Origin: Patescibacteria group bacterium
GTDB lineage: Bacteria; Patescibacteriota; Patescibacteriia; UBA9934
Direction: 5' to 3'
NCBI GenBank assembly: GCA_041659765.1
Contig: JBAZXR010000001.1
Span: 787,338-851,337 of the forward strand
Length of the DNA: 64,000 nucleotides
In this document: positions 10,610-19,823 of the stretch, in pieces
Numbering within the stretch: the stretch's first letter is position 1
How the letters are laid out: every line of letters begins with the position of its first letter
Notes under the pieces: model-generated
The model's input: the letters and a program-made list of their open reading frames with translations, nothing else
What the model was told of the DNA's origin: nothing
Databases searched by the model: none
Position numbers and translations under genes: made by a program

Positions 10610-11314
10610 ATGCAACGCTATTCTATTTTGTTCGGGATCCTAGGATTACTCGCCGGGCTGTCGCTTCTTTTTTATATCAATCTCTTCCCCAGCTCGCCTA
10701 AAATAACGCCTCCGCTTCCACCTGAAACCCTAGTTTATAACGTCGGCCCTGCGCATCAACTGCCAGGAACTGAAGCTATGCTCTACGAGAACTCGGCCGT
10801 TGGTATCCGTTTTGGTTATCCGAAGAGCTATGGAACAGTGGTGGTCGAGAAGCGCGATGGTGGAGTGTTCTTTTCGTTCTCACCAAGCGGAGTCTCGAAT
10901 GATCCCAAGCGCGTGTACTTTATGGCTGGGGAGTACGCCGAGCCGGTAGGTCATAACGGATATTGGGGCGATCTTTCTTGGTATGTACAACCGGATCCGC
11001 GCTGGATGGCGCAACCTGACGTTTGCGCGCTCTTCAAAGAAGCAGCCAAAACAATGCCCGCCTGGACAGCCGGTTTTGCAGCCGCCCAGTGTGAAAACAT
11101 TCCGCTAGGCCCAACCACCATGATGGCCAAACTCACTACTCCCCCAAACGCCACTTTTCTCATCCCCTCGTTTCACACCGCAACTGACGGTGTGACCATC
11201 GATATGTTCACGGCCTCGGACGAGCGTCTCCTAGGTAAAGAGGGTTTTACTGATCCTGCTGTGAATATAGAGCGTCTCGTTAAAAGTATTGAATTTATCG
11301 AGCCAACCAAGTAA
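10610..11314 (+). CDS. Hypothetical membrane-anchored protein
   Basis: N-terminal TM from MQRYSILF; Y.N...GIRFGYP motif common in CPR surface proteins. Confidence 0.7.
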   Translation: MQRYSILFGILGLLAGLSLLFYINLFPSSPKITPPLPPETLVYNVGPAHQLPGTEAMLYENSAVGIRFGYPKSYGTVVVEKRDGGVFFSFSPSGVSNDPKRVYFMAGEYAEPVGHNGYWGDLSWYVQPDPRWMAQPDVCALFKEAAKTMPAWTAGFAAAQCENIPLGPTTMMAKLTTPPNATFLIPSFHTATDGVTIDMFTASDERLLGKEGFTDPAVNIERLVKSIEFIEPTK

Positions 11315-11325
11315 GCTCACCGGTC

Positions 11326-12363
11326 ATGTCGCCGAAATCATCCTTACTTCTCATGCTTCTCGGAACCACGGTCTTAACCGGGTTTCTTGTCGTGCCCCCG
11401 TTCACGAGCGTTACATACCGAGCAACCAATCCGACCAGACATTACCTGACGCTGGCGGGGGCGCGATCCGTTGAAGGAGGGTCGACGCATGGGTCGACCC
11501 CTACCTCCGCGACTATTCAATTCGTGGGCGATATCATGCTGGCGAGAAATGTTGAACAATACATTGCGACCTACGGCCAGGATTATCCTTTTGCAAAAGT
11601 TGGCGATCTGCTTTCAAATAATGATTTATTGATTGGAAACTTCGAAGGGACAGTTCGCGCAAAGCAAAATATCGAGGGAACGAATGTCATGTACTTTGAT
11701 ACAACTCCGGATAACGTGTCCATGCTCGCAAAACAGGGTTTCGGCCTCTTATCACTATCGAATAACCACGCGGATGACTTCGGTCGGGACACACTAGTGC
11801 TAACTCGACAGACAATTCTCGACGCCGGTATTACACCCTTTGGCGATGCCTGGGAAAGCGAGAAATTCGTAGCGCATAAAACTATCAATGGAATGAACTT
11901 TGCGTTTATCGGCTACCACGAATTCAATGAGAAGACCGACGGCGTGATCGAGGCAATCAAAACAGAGAAAGCGGCGGGAAACTTTGTCATCGTCATGCCA
12001 CACTGGGGAGTTGAGTACAAACATGATCCGTCGGGTTCTCAAGTTTTTGCGGCACATCAGTTTATCGATGCCGGAGCTGACGCGATCATTGGCGCACATC
12101 CGCACATTATTGAAACCGTTGAAACGTACAAGAACGTTCCGATCGTTTACTCGCTTGGCAATTTTCTCTTTGACCAGGATTGGTCGGAAGATACGAAGCG
12201 GGGCATGGCGGTTCGGTTAACCGTCGAAAACGAAAAGCTGACGCTCAAATTCGAACCGTTGTATCTCGAAAAAAGACAAATGACCCCAGCAACGGGAACC
12301 AAGAAGCAAGAAATGCTGGATGCGCTCGGGGTGACGACGGGAGTGCTCGAACTCAGTCGATAA
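11326..12363 (+). CDS. CapA/poly-gamma-glutamate synthesis-family metallophosphoesterase
   Basis: FVGDIML.R, GNFEG, SNNHADDFG, PHWGVEY, IGAHPH, YSLGNF.FDQ. Confidence 0.92.
   Translation: MSPKSSLLLMLLGTTVLTGFLVVPPFTSVTYRATNPTRHYLTLAGARSVEGGSTHGSTPTSATIQFVGDIMLARNVEQYIATYGQDYPFAKVGDLLSNNDLLIGNFEGTVRAKQNIEGTNVMYFDTTPDNVSMLAKQGFGLLSLSNNHADDFGRDTLVLTRQTILDAGITPFGDAWESEKFVAHKTINGMNFAFIGYHEFNEKTDGVIEAIKTEKAAGNFVIVMPHWGVEYKHDPSGSQVFAAHQFIDAGADAIIGAHPHIIETVETYKNVPIVYSLGNFLFDQDWSEDTKRGMAVRLTVENEKLTLKFEPLYLEKRQMTPATGTKKQEMLDALGVTTGVLELSR
11479..11504 (-). repeat. GTAG-type REP (family C), in frame inside the CapA gene
   Basis: Minus strand GTAGGGGTCGACCCATGCGTCGACCC; encodes GSTHGSTPT. Confidence 0.8.
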
Positions 12364-12386
12364 CCTCCTCCGCGAGATCGTTACCC

Positions 12387-13706
12387 TCAAGCCGGCAATA
12401 CTCTTTGATTCCGAAAAGACTGGGTGATCAATTTTGGATCAGTTTTTATTTTTGCGACACGGTCGGTGAATCGTTTGAGGGCTCCTGGACCTCCGTAAAA
12501 CTGACTCATCTCTTGAGCCAGCTTTCCAAATTTTGGCGCTTTTTCCCCTGCTGGTGCATAGACATCCGGATTCTCAGAGGCAGCAGCATAAATCGTCTCA
12601 AGGCTCACGCCCGCATCAACGAGTTCCCAAAAAGCCATACGCTCCGCCGCATACATCACCGGCGTAACACCCTCAAGAAAAGCTGCTAATAATTCCACCC
12701 TTGCTTCATTGATAGAAGTGGTGGTGGAACGATCAAAACTGAGACCAGTTTTTTGCTGACGCACCGAAACGGCTGGAGAAAAGAGGTCGGCCAAATAGGG
12801 ATCCGTGTATTCCGTTGTGGTCTGCAAGAAGTTCATGCCGTCGGTAACGTGCACTAGCTCGTGAAATACGATGTGATGCAACGAAGCCCGCCCATCTAGT
12901 GATTTCTTTGAGTTCCCGTACTCATCACTGCGAATGCCAAATTCTCTCGCATAATAATGACCGGCCTTCCAATCATGGGCGGGATCAAGACTATCAAGTA
13001 ATACAACATCTACGCCCTTAATACGACGCTCCAAGACTTCTGGAGATATGTTCACGTACTTTCCAGCCCTCTCGGAGGTGATCGCGGTCTGGAATTCCTC
13101 GACAATCGGTGATACCGCCTCACGCATCTCAGACTGTTCTGCTTCAAATCGTTGTTTTTCTGCCTTGAGAAATGCCTGAAGAATATTTAACGGCAATTCC
13201 TTTTCACCTAATACCTCGATAAAACGTTCAGTGTTAGTAATGTCGAGCCGTTCCATCTCGGTACGAAACGAGTCATTGCTAGCCCAAATTTCATCACATC
13301 GACGAGATAGCTCCACAAAAGAAGATGAGATCGCATGTCTGCCGCTTGGAAGTTCCAGCTTTCTACGCTCAATGATGGAGGAATAAAATCCAGCAATTCC
13401 CGCCTGCATCGCAAGGAGATCTCTTGCACTTTTCTCATGCGCCACGGAAATTGTCTCCATCCTTCGTTTCACCGCTTGCCCCTCTTCTGATCCGTCATCA
13501 AGCAGAGCCATGGCGCCACGCACCTTCTCTAACCCGGCCTCCATCCTCCGATTCCATTCCACTGCCTGAGTTAGATTTTCTAACTGAAACGTACCTACGC
13601 TACGCGAGTTATGCTTTTTCAATGTCTCCATCGCTTCTGTATTCGCCTCAGTTGTGTGCTCGGTTTTCTTGCGAGTACCCAAATCAAACTCAATTTCTCT
13701 CTTCAT
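12387..13706 (-). CDS. Hypothetical protein with zincin HExxH motif
   Basis: IVFHELVH followed by INEA; N-terminal coiled coil. Confidence 0.65.
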   Translation of the reverse strand: MKREIEFDLGTRKKTEHTTEANTEAMETLKKHNSRSVGTFQLENLTQAVEWNRRMEAGLEKVRGAMALLDDGSEEGQAVKRRMETISVAHEKSARDLLAMQAGIAGFYSSIIERRKLELPSGRHAISSSFVELSRRCDEIWASNDSFRTEMERLDITNTERFIEVLGEKELPLNILQAFLKAEKQRFEAEQSEMREAVSPIVEEFQTAITSERAGKYVNISPEVLERRIKGVDVVLLDSLDPAHDWKAGHYYAREFGIRSDEYGNSKKSLDGRASLHHIVFHELVHVTDGMNFLQTTTEYTDPYLADLFSPAVSVRQQKTGLSFDRSTTTSINEARVELLAAFLEGVTPVMYAAERMAFWELVDAGVSLETIYAAASENPDVYAPAGEKAPKFGKLAQEMSQFYGGPGALKRFTDRVAKIKTDPKLITQSFRNQRVLPA

Positions 13707-13746
13707 ATTGAAGACATCTTACCACCAATGACTAACTTCGAACTAC

Positions 13747-14223
13747 CTAACCCAACAACCCAAATTCTTTGAGCGACGCCTCTATCCCGGGGCGTTTTGC
13801 TTCCCAGCAATATTTGACCAAGTCGGCTGGACTTCCCCACTTTACTTGTCTGAACTCTCCGTGGCCGGCAGTGTCCAAATAAAATTGCGCCCCGAGATGA
13901 ACCTGAGCCAAGAAAAACTGTTGTTCTTGTCCCACAAAGGCTCGAAAAGGATTCACCAACTGATAAGCCTCGGTCCATTCATAGCGGTGCTTCTTGGAAG
14001 ACTCGCCAATAATCTCAAATTCCTCAGGTGCAAGACCGAGTTCTTCGCCCAGTTCACGCTCGGCGGCTTGGCGAGCGGTTTCCCCAGGGTCAATTCCTCC
14101 CTGAGGCGTTTGCCAGGTACCTTCGTACTTCAAATCATTGCGTTCACAGAGGAGAACATGGCCTTTTCCGTCCGTGACGATAATGGCGGCGTTCGGGCGA
14201 TATTTTGGATCATGCGCTTGCAT
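13747..14223 (-). CDS. NUDIX hydrolase, RNA pyrophosphohydrolase (RppH-like)
   Basis: YRPNAA, WQTPQGGIDPGE....A.REL.EELG, GQEQ.FFL. Confidence 0.85.
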   Translation of the reverse strand: MQAHDPKYRPNAAIIVTDGKGHVLLCERNDLKYEGTWQTPQGGIDPGETARQAAERELGEELGLAPEEFEIIGESSKKHRYEWTEAYQLVNPFRAFVGQEQQFFLAQVHLGAQFYLDTAGHGEFRQVKWGSPADLVKYCWEAKRPGIEASLKEFGLLG

Positions 14224-14257
14224 ACGCCTGGAAGTGTACTACTATTAGAGAACATCT

Positions 14258-15787
14258 ATGAAAAATTCACTGAAGATAGCGCTTTTTTCTCTGCTGTTTG
14301 GGGTAATTGTGGACGTACTGTTCTATAAAGCCTTCGGCGTTGGGATCAACGTTCTCCTCATGGAAATCTCCTTCCTGGCCATTGCTTACGCCCTAGCCCA
14401 ACTCACTCATCACAAGTTGCCAACCAGTGCCCACGTCAGCGCCGTCCTCTCACTCGGTTTTTCCTTGCCGTTCATGCTGTGGAACTCAGAAATTGGTCTA
14501 TCGGTGGCCGTCATCGGCCTATTAGTCTCAAACATCCTGTTCGTCACCTTCCTAACTGGTGAAGATGCCCGCTTCCGTCATCCGTTTGAGTTGTTCGCAA
14601 TCTACGTACCACTCATTGTAAACGTTTTCTCGCAGCTTCCTATCTTTGCCGATTTATCGTTCAAAGTATCAGCCTCTGACAAAACAAAACGTATTCTGAT
14701 TGGGGTGGCTATTCTAATCCCGATCTTCATCCTCTTCACTGCGCTATTCGCTTCAGCTGACGCCGTTTTCCAATCATATGTGAACGCGCCATTTAAAGAT
14801 CTGGGCAATTTCCTACATCTATCAGACGTAGGCGAAGCATTTACTCAAGGAATTCTCATTCTCTTTGTAGCTATCTTCTCAACTCTCATCTTTGCCGCGG
14901 CTTTTTGGAACCGTATCGCTCCCCGCGAAAAGCACGTGCCCGCCTTCATGGGCGAAACCGAAAGTGCCGTTGTCCTCTCGGGCGTGATCGCTCTTTTTGC
15001 GCTCTTCCTCTTAGTACAGGGCATGACTATGTTTGGCGGTGAAGCAGCCATGCGCTCGCTCGACATGACCTATGCGGAGTACGCCCGCGAAGGATTTAAC
15101 CAGCTGATCGTGGTCGCCGTTCTGGTTGCCTCGCTCGTCCTTACCCTGCGCTACGTACACGGCGAACATGCTAAGAAGCATCTCCTAGTGTTACATTCGA
15201 TGCTGATTGTCGAAACCTTGCTCGTACTAGTCTCCGCTTTCCTGCGTGTAAACCTCTACATCGACACCTACGGCTTCACGCCTGAACGCCTGCTCGCGAT
15301 GGCGACTATTGGCACCCTTGGCGTGCTCTTCCTGCTCTTGCTCGGCAATATTATTCAGCGCGAATCGCAAGCGCACTTTGTCGAGCGTGGCCTGGTTGCC
15401 CTCGGCATCTGTGGACTCATGTTCTCCATGAGCGGACCAGACGCCATGGCCGCTAATTTTAATGTGAAGCGCGCAGAAACAGGTAAAGCGATCGACTTAA
15501 AACAAATCGCAGACTTGTCGACCGATGCCGATCCGGCACTCCTCAATGCACTCATGCTCACAGTCACCGGCAAGATTAGATTGGAACATCCGACCGACTA
15601 TCTTGGCTTCGCGTGTCGCTCCAAGCCAATGTATAACGGCCAGTTAGTTGATGACTGGCGCCTCTGGAATCTTTCCCTACTCAAATCCGGCTATATTACC
15701 GATGACATCAACACAACCATCAGAAAAATCGATAACTCGGCTCACTGCGAAGGTACCGGACTTCAATACAATCCAGGGGTAGAATAA
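14258..15787 (+). CDS. DUF4153/DUF4173-family integral membrane protein
   Basis: LFASADAVF, YAEYAREGFNQL, R..LYI..YGFT..R. Confidence 0.85.
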   Translation: MKNSLKIALFSLLFGVIVDVLFYKAFGVGINVLLMEISFLAIAYALAQLTHHKLPTSAHVSAVLSLGFSLPFMLWNSEIGLSVAVIGLLVSNILFVTFLTGEDARFRHPFELFAIYVPLIVNVFSQLPIFADLSFKVSASDKTKRILIGVAILIPIFILFTALFASADAVFQSYVNAPFKDLGNFLHLSDVGEAFTQGILILFVAIFSTLIFAAAFWNRIAPREKHVPAFMGETESAVVLSGVIALFALFLLVQGMTMFGGEAAMRSLDMTYAEYAREGFNQLIVVAVLVASLVLTLRYVHGEHAKKHLLVLHSMLIVETLLVLVSAFLRVNLYIDTYGFTPERLLAMATIGTLGVLFLLLLGNIIQRESQAHFVERGLVALGICGLMFSMSGPDAMAANFNVKRAETGKAIDLKQIADLSTDADPALLNALMLTVTGKIRLEHPTDYLGFACRSKPMYNGQLVDDWRLWNLSLLKSGYITDDINTTIRKIDNSAHCEGTGLQYNPGVE

Positions 15788-15840
15788 AAAAACGCTCCCA
15801 ACCGCGAGGTTGAGAGCTTAGACAAGACTAACCGGTCAAC

Positions 15841-16542
15841 CTAGACGCTGGTCCCAGCCTGGAGTGATTCTTTGAGGGCGTTCACGAAACTTGTTTCGTC
15901 GCCCATCACCTCACACGGTTCAAACCGGCGGAGGATGTTTTCGTTATCGTCCAGTTCCATCAAACACTCGACCTTGATCTCCCCTCGGCCAACGGGATCG
16001 ACTTGAACCCGCAAGACACGAAATGGCGGTTCAGTCTCTTCGTTCCAATCCCACTCGTCCACCACCCCGACCGCCGTAGGCATAAAAATACCGGAACATG
16101 ACTGCACGTAAACCTGGTGACGATCACCCGCCTCACGATGGCGCAGGGTGACGATAACTCCGCCCTGCGGATCTTCGAGCACTTCCTTGAGCGTACTCGG
16201 CTTCGCAAGCAGAGTCTCGAAGTTCGCGACGTGCTTGGCATGATCTGGCTGGTACACGGTGAAGTTCCTGCGGAGCCCGTGGACGAGCAAACTGTCGTCT
16301 TGATTCCGACTAATCCGCGGATGTACCAAGACCGGCGGGTAGGTACAACGCGACCAGTAATCATTTCCGCCCTTACGCCCCGCCGGGCCAAGCACGAGCT
16401 CGGTCAGCCCACCATGTCCAACGGACCGGCGCACCTCCGTAATCGTGGCCAACAGGGCATCCGACTTGGGAAAACGCGGTGACAAAAGATCAATCTGAGC
16501 CCCCACAAAGCCCGACTTCAAAAACCGCTCAACGCTTTTCAT
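15841..16542 (-). CDS. Hypothetical protein (SD-led)
   Basis: 233-aa ORF with GGAGG SD. Confidence 0.6.
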   Translation of the reverse strand: MKSVERFLKSGFVGAQIDLLSPRFPKSDALLATITEVRRSVGHGGLTELVLGPAGRKGGNDYWSRCTYPPVLVHPRISRNQDDSLLVHGLRRNFTVYQPDHAKHVANFETLLAKPSTLKEVLEDPQGGVIVTLRHREAGDRHQVYVQSCSGIFMPTAVGVVDEWDWNEETEPPFRVLRVQVDPVGRGEIKVECLMELDDNENILRRFEPCEVMGDETSFVNALKESLQAGTSV

Positions 16543-16639
16543 GACTCCTCCCGAAGCGATTGTTAAAGAAGCGCGGGAAATTTACCAAGATAAGCAGAAT
16601 GTTTCAATACAAAAAACCGGGCGTTAAAGCTCGGTTTTC

Positions 16640-16726
16640 TGGTACCGGGAGTGGGACTCGAACCCACGATCCATTTCTGGAAGCAGATCTTAAGTCTGCC
16701 GCGTATACCAACTTCGCCATCCCGGC
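16640..16726 (-). tRNA. tRNA-Leu(TAA)
   Basis: Reverse complement GCCGGGA..., GCAGA-CTTAAGA-TCTGC anticodon arm, long variable arm, CCA end. Confidence 0.95.
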
Positions 16727-16784
16727 ATGCCGGAAATACTACCAAAATACCAGAAAAACCACAAGTTCAAAACTCCGCTAACCA

Positions 16785-16813
16785 TTGACAAAAAGCATAA
16801 AAACTGCTAGTTT
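16785..16813 (+). promoter_or_regulatory. sigma70-type promoter
   Basis: TTGACA-N17-TAGTTT with extended TG. Confidence 0.6.
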
Positions 16814-16835
16814 AATCACATGCAAGGAGGCATGC

Positions 16836-17384
16836 ATGTCCCAATCACCTCGTGGTCAGGTTATCAATGCAAGTGATCGTTTTACCGGTAAGAACACCGG
16901 CAGAACGGAGGGCTCTGGCGAAGTGAAGGAGTACAAGGATATTCACCGGCCGTCGCCACCAGCCGAGCACCCGGGCAATATTGCCCACCGGCTCACTACC
17001 CAGCTCAGAATGGAGTGGCCCAACCTTGGGGCGCATGTCCAAGTGCTGATTGAAAAGAGCCTAACAAACAAGGCGCTCGATCAAGCACAGGCGGTACTGT
17101 TGATCGAGGCGCTCGAGGCTAGGCAGGACGAGCTGGAACTACAGGATGTGTCCGCCAACAGGCTCCTTGAAGTCAAAGATCAGCGGTATGAAATGCTCCG
17201 ACATTTGATCGGCGCACCAAGAAGGCTAGAAAGGCAAGACATGCTATTCGGGCAGCCGTGCGATCGGCACATGTGTCCCGCTGGCATTGAACTGTCCGCC
17301 TTCAGAGCATCCAAGACTGGACTCGACGCCAGGACAATCATCATGTTCGTGTACCTGTGCATCGAATCTCAGCTCGACGTCTAG
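16836..17384 (+). CDS. Hypothetical protein (SD-led)
   Basis: AAGGAGG SD before MSQSPR. Confidence 0.65.
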   Translation: MSQSPRGQVINASDRFTGKNTGRTEGSGEVKEYKDIHRPSPPAEHPGNIAHRLTTQLRMEWPNLGAHVQVLIEKSLTNKALDQAQAVLLIEALEARQDELELQDVSANRLLEVKDQRYEMLRHLIGAPRRLERQDMLFGQPCDRHMCPAGIELSAFRASKTGLDARTIIMFVYLCIESQLDV

Positions 17385-17441
17385 AAGACGGGAAATCGAA
17401 AGGCCCCACTCAGCAGAGCGGGGCAATTTTTAATAAACTTC

Positions 17442-17795
17442 TTAGCCCTGTTTCTGAACCCCAGTTCCAGCCGCAGCTGCTTCTTTAGCTGCCTGCTCCA
17501 TGGCGTGTTCAGCCACCAGCTTGGCCTGAAGTCTGGCTGCGTCACGATCTGTTTCTGCATCGATTAGTGCCTTATTCTCAGCGGATGATTCATCAAATAC
17601 CGCCGGACCGGTTTCCTCATCGCTCTTGGAGGATAGCTCGCCTGCCACAAAACCTGGACGCTCGTCCGAATCACCATATTCTGGTGCCATTTGGGCGTGC
17701 TGCTCTTTTGCTTCCGCTGCCTCTCTTTTAGCCTGCAACTCTCTAGCTAGCTTGTCTGCCTCTGCCTCATAGCTGTGCCCGCCTTCTCCTGCCAT
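17442..17795 (-). CDS. Acidic low-complexity hypothetical protein
   Basis: 117-aa Ala/Glu-rich ORF. Confidence 0.6.
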   Translation of the reverse strand: MAGEGGHSYEAEADKLARELQAKREAAEAKEQHAQMAPEYGDSDERPGFVAGELSSKSDEETGPAVFDESSAENKALIDAETDRDAARLQAKLVAEHAMEQAAKEAAAAGTGVQKQG

Positions 17796-17909
17796 AATAT
17801 TTGCTTAGTAAATAAATAAATTCGCATGAAATGTACCGCTTTCAGAGTAGCGCCTTCAATAGCTTATCCCCACACCCCGTCTGGAAAACTGGAGTAAACT
17901 GCAATCAGT

Positions 17910-18920
17910 ATGATCGAAATAGACGCCGAGGAACCCCGAGCGGTAGCTCCAGAAGCTGTCGAGGAAGAACAGAAAATTGAACTCGGTCTGCGCCCTGAGC
18001 GGCTTTCGGATTTCATTGGACAAGATGAACTGAAAACGAACCTTGGTATTTTTATCGAGGCCGCCATGAAGCGCAGCGAACCGCTCGAACATATTCTCCT
18101 GTACGGAAACCCTGGACTCGGCAAAACCACCCTCGCCCATATCATTGCGCGCGAGATGGGCGCGAATGTACGTATTACGAGCGGACCTGCACTTGAAAGA
18201 GTCGGCGACCTGGCGGCTATTTTATCGAACCTCGCAAAAGGCGACGTGCTGTTCATCGACGAGATCCACCGGATGAATAAAACTATCGAAGAAGTACTGT
18301 ACCCGGCCATGGAGGATTACGCGCTCGATCTCGTGGTCGGCAAAGGGCCATCGGCGCGGACACTACGTCTCGGACTCGAACCTTTCACAATTATCGGTGC
18401 GACGACGAGACTATCGCTCCTCTCCTCACCCTTACGCGACCGGTTTGGTTCAACGTTTCATCTCAACTTCTACAATGAAGAGGACATGGCACGGATTGTG
18501 GCTCGCTCGGCGGGTATTCTCGAAGTGAGCATCGACTCCCCCGCCGCTAAAGCCATTGCGGACCGCGCACGACGCACGCCTCGTATTGCAAATCGCCTTT
18601 TGAAACGAGTCCGCGACTTCGCCCAAATCAAACATGACGGCTCTATCACTGAAGCGGTGGCAAATGACGCGCTCACCATGCTTTCCATTGACCCGCTCGG
18701 CCTCGACAACGTTGATCGACACCTCCTAAAGACGCTGATCGAGAAATTTAACGGAGGGCCGGTTGGTCTCGGCACCCTCGCCGCAGCTACCCAAGAAGAA
18801 ACTGAAACGATAGAGGAAATCTACGAGCCCTTCCTGCTCCAACTTGGGTTTCTCGAACGCACACCTCGAGGTCGAATGGCCACTTCTCGCGCCTACGAAC
18901 ACTTGAAGTTGTCGAAATAA
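17910..18920 (+). CDS. ruvB: Holliday junction branch migration helicase RuvB
   Basis: [41 protein letters not shown]. Confidence 0.98.
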   Translation: MIEIDAEEPRAVAPEAVEEEQKIELGLRPERLSDFIGQDELKTNLGIFIEAAMKRSEPLEHILLYGNPGLGKTTLAHIIAREMGANVRITSGPALERVGDLAAILSNLAKGDVLFIDEIHRMNKTIEEVLYPAMEDYALDLVVGKGPSARTLRLGLEPFTIIGATTRLSLLSSPLRDRFGSTFHLNFYNEEDMARIVARSAGILEVSIDSPAAKAIADRARRTPRIANRLLKRVRDFAQIKHDGSITEAVANDALTMLSIDPLGLDNVDRHLLKTLIEKFNGGPVGLGTLAAATQEETETIEEIYEPFLLQLGFLERTPRGRMATSRAYEHLKLSK

Positions 18921-18956
18921 GATTAAATGTTCCTTCATGCTACAATTGGCTCATCT

Positions 18957-19226
18957 ATGTCCTTCCCAGTAGCGTATTTCCTGATTCCTTTTGTCATTCT
19001 CGCCTTAATTGCCGGGCTGTTCCTGTTCTTTAACGTCTATCATATCCTCAAGTTTGGCATTGAATCTACTAGCACATTCGCTCTAGTCACCATCTACGTC
19101 ATTGGTTTTGCCTTTCTCTTGCTCATCAGCATGCTGCTCTTGAGCGGGTACAACTGGAACCAACAGATTGACCCGGCAGCCATTTTGCACCTGAACAATT
19201 CGCCCGCCAATAACTTCGGCCTATGA
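18957..19226 (+). CDS. Small membrane protein
   Basis: Two TM helices, FNVYH..KFG. Confidence 0.7.
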   Translation: MSFPVAYFLIPFVILALIAGLFLFFNVYHILKFGIESTSTFALVTIYVIGFAFLLLISMLLLSGYNWNQQIDPAAILHLNNSPANNFGL

Positions 19227-19795
19227 TGCGCTTAGAAGAATTGCCTAATAGTGAACCGGAAGAGAAGACTGTTCTGATGCTCCGCCGCCACTGGATAGAC
19301 GTGGTCCGCATGTTCTTCTTTTCCGCCATGCTCCTAGTCATTCCAGTAACTATCCTCATCTTCTTTTCAATAACTCAGACGGATGTCTTTGCTGACCCGC
19401 TCTGGGGACCGCTAGCCAGCGTGCTTTTCCTTGGTTATTTCTTCATGGTATTCATGCTCAGCGTTACAGAAATGACCGATTACTGGTTGGACGTCTGGAT
19501 TGTGACCACAGAACGGGTAATCAACACCGAGCAACTTGGCCTTTTTAATCGCGTCGTGTCTGAACTCCACCTTCGCCAGATCCAAGATATTACTAGCGAG
19601 ATGAAAGGCGTCTTAGAAACATTTCTAACTTTTGGTGATGTTTACATCCAAACGGCCGCCGCTAAGGATAGGTTTCAATTTAAAAATATTGATAATCCGG
19701 ACGATATCAAGGTAAAGATTACTGGCATGGTAGAAATCTGTAAGACGAAACATACGCACCGGGACGAACATACAGGTATCGTAGTAGAAAAATAA
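19223..19795 (+). CDS. Bacterial PH-domain membrane protein
   Basis: RRHW, DVWIVTTERVI..EQ.GLF.R, IQDIT, FGDVYIQTA. Confidence 0.85.
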   Translation: MMRLEELPNSEPEEKTVLMLRRHWIDVVRMFFFSAMLLVIPVTILIFFSITQTDVFADPLWGPLASVLFLGYFFMVFMLSVTEMTDYWLDVWIVTTERVINTEQLGLFNRVVSELHLRQIQDITSEMKGVLETFLTFGDVYIQTAAAKDRFQFKNIDNPDDIKVKITGMVEICKTKHTHRDEHTGIVVEK

Positions 19796-19823
19796 ACGAG
19801 TCCCGCAAGGGACTCGTTTTTTT
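19794..19823. terminator. Bidirectional intrinsic terminator
   Basis: AAACGAGTCCC-GCAA-GGGACTCGTTTTTTT between convergent genes. Confidence 0.8.
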
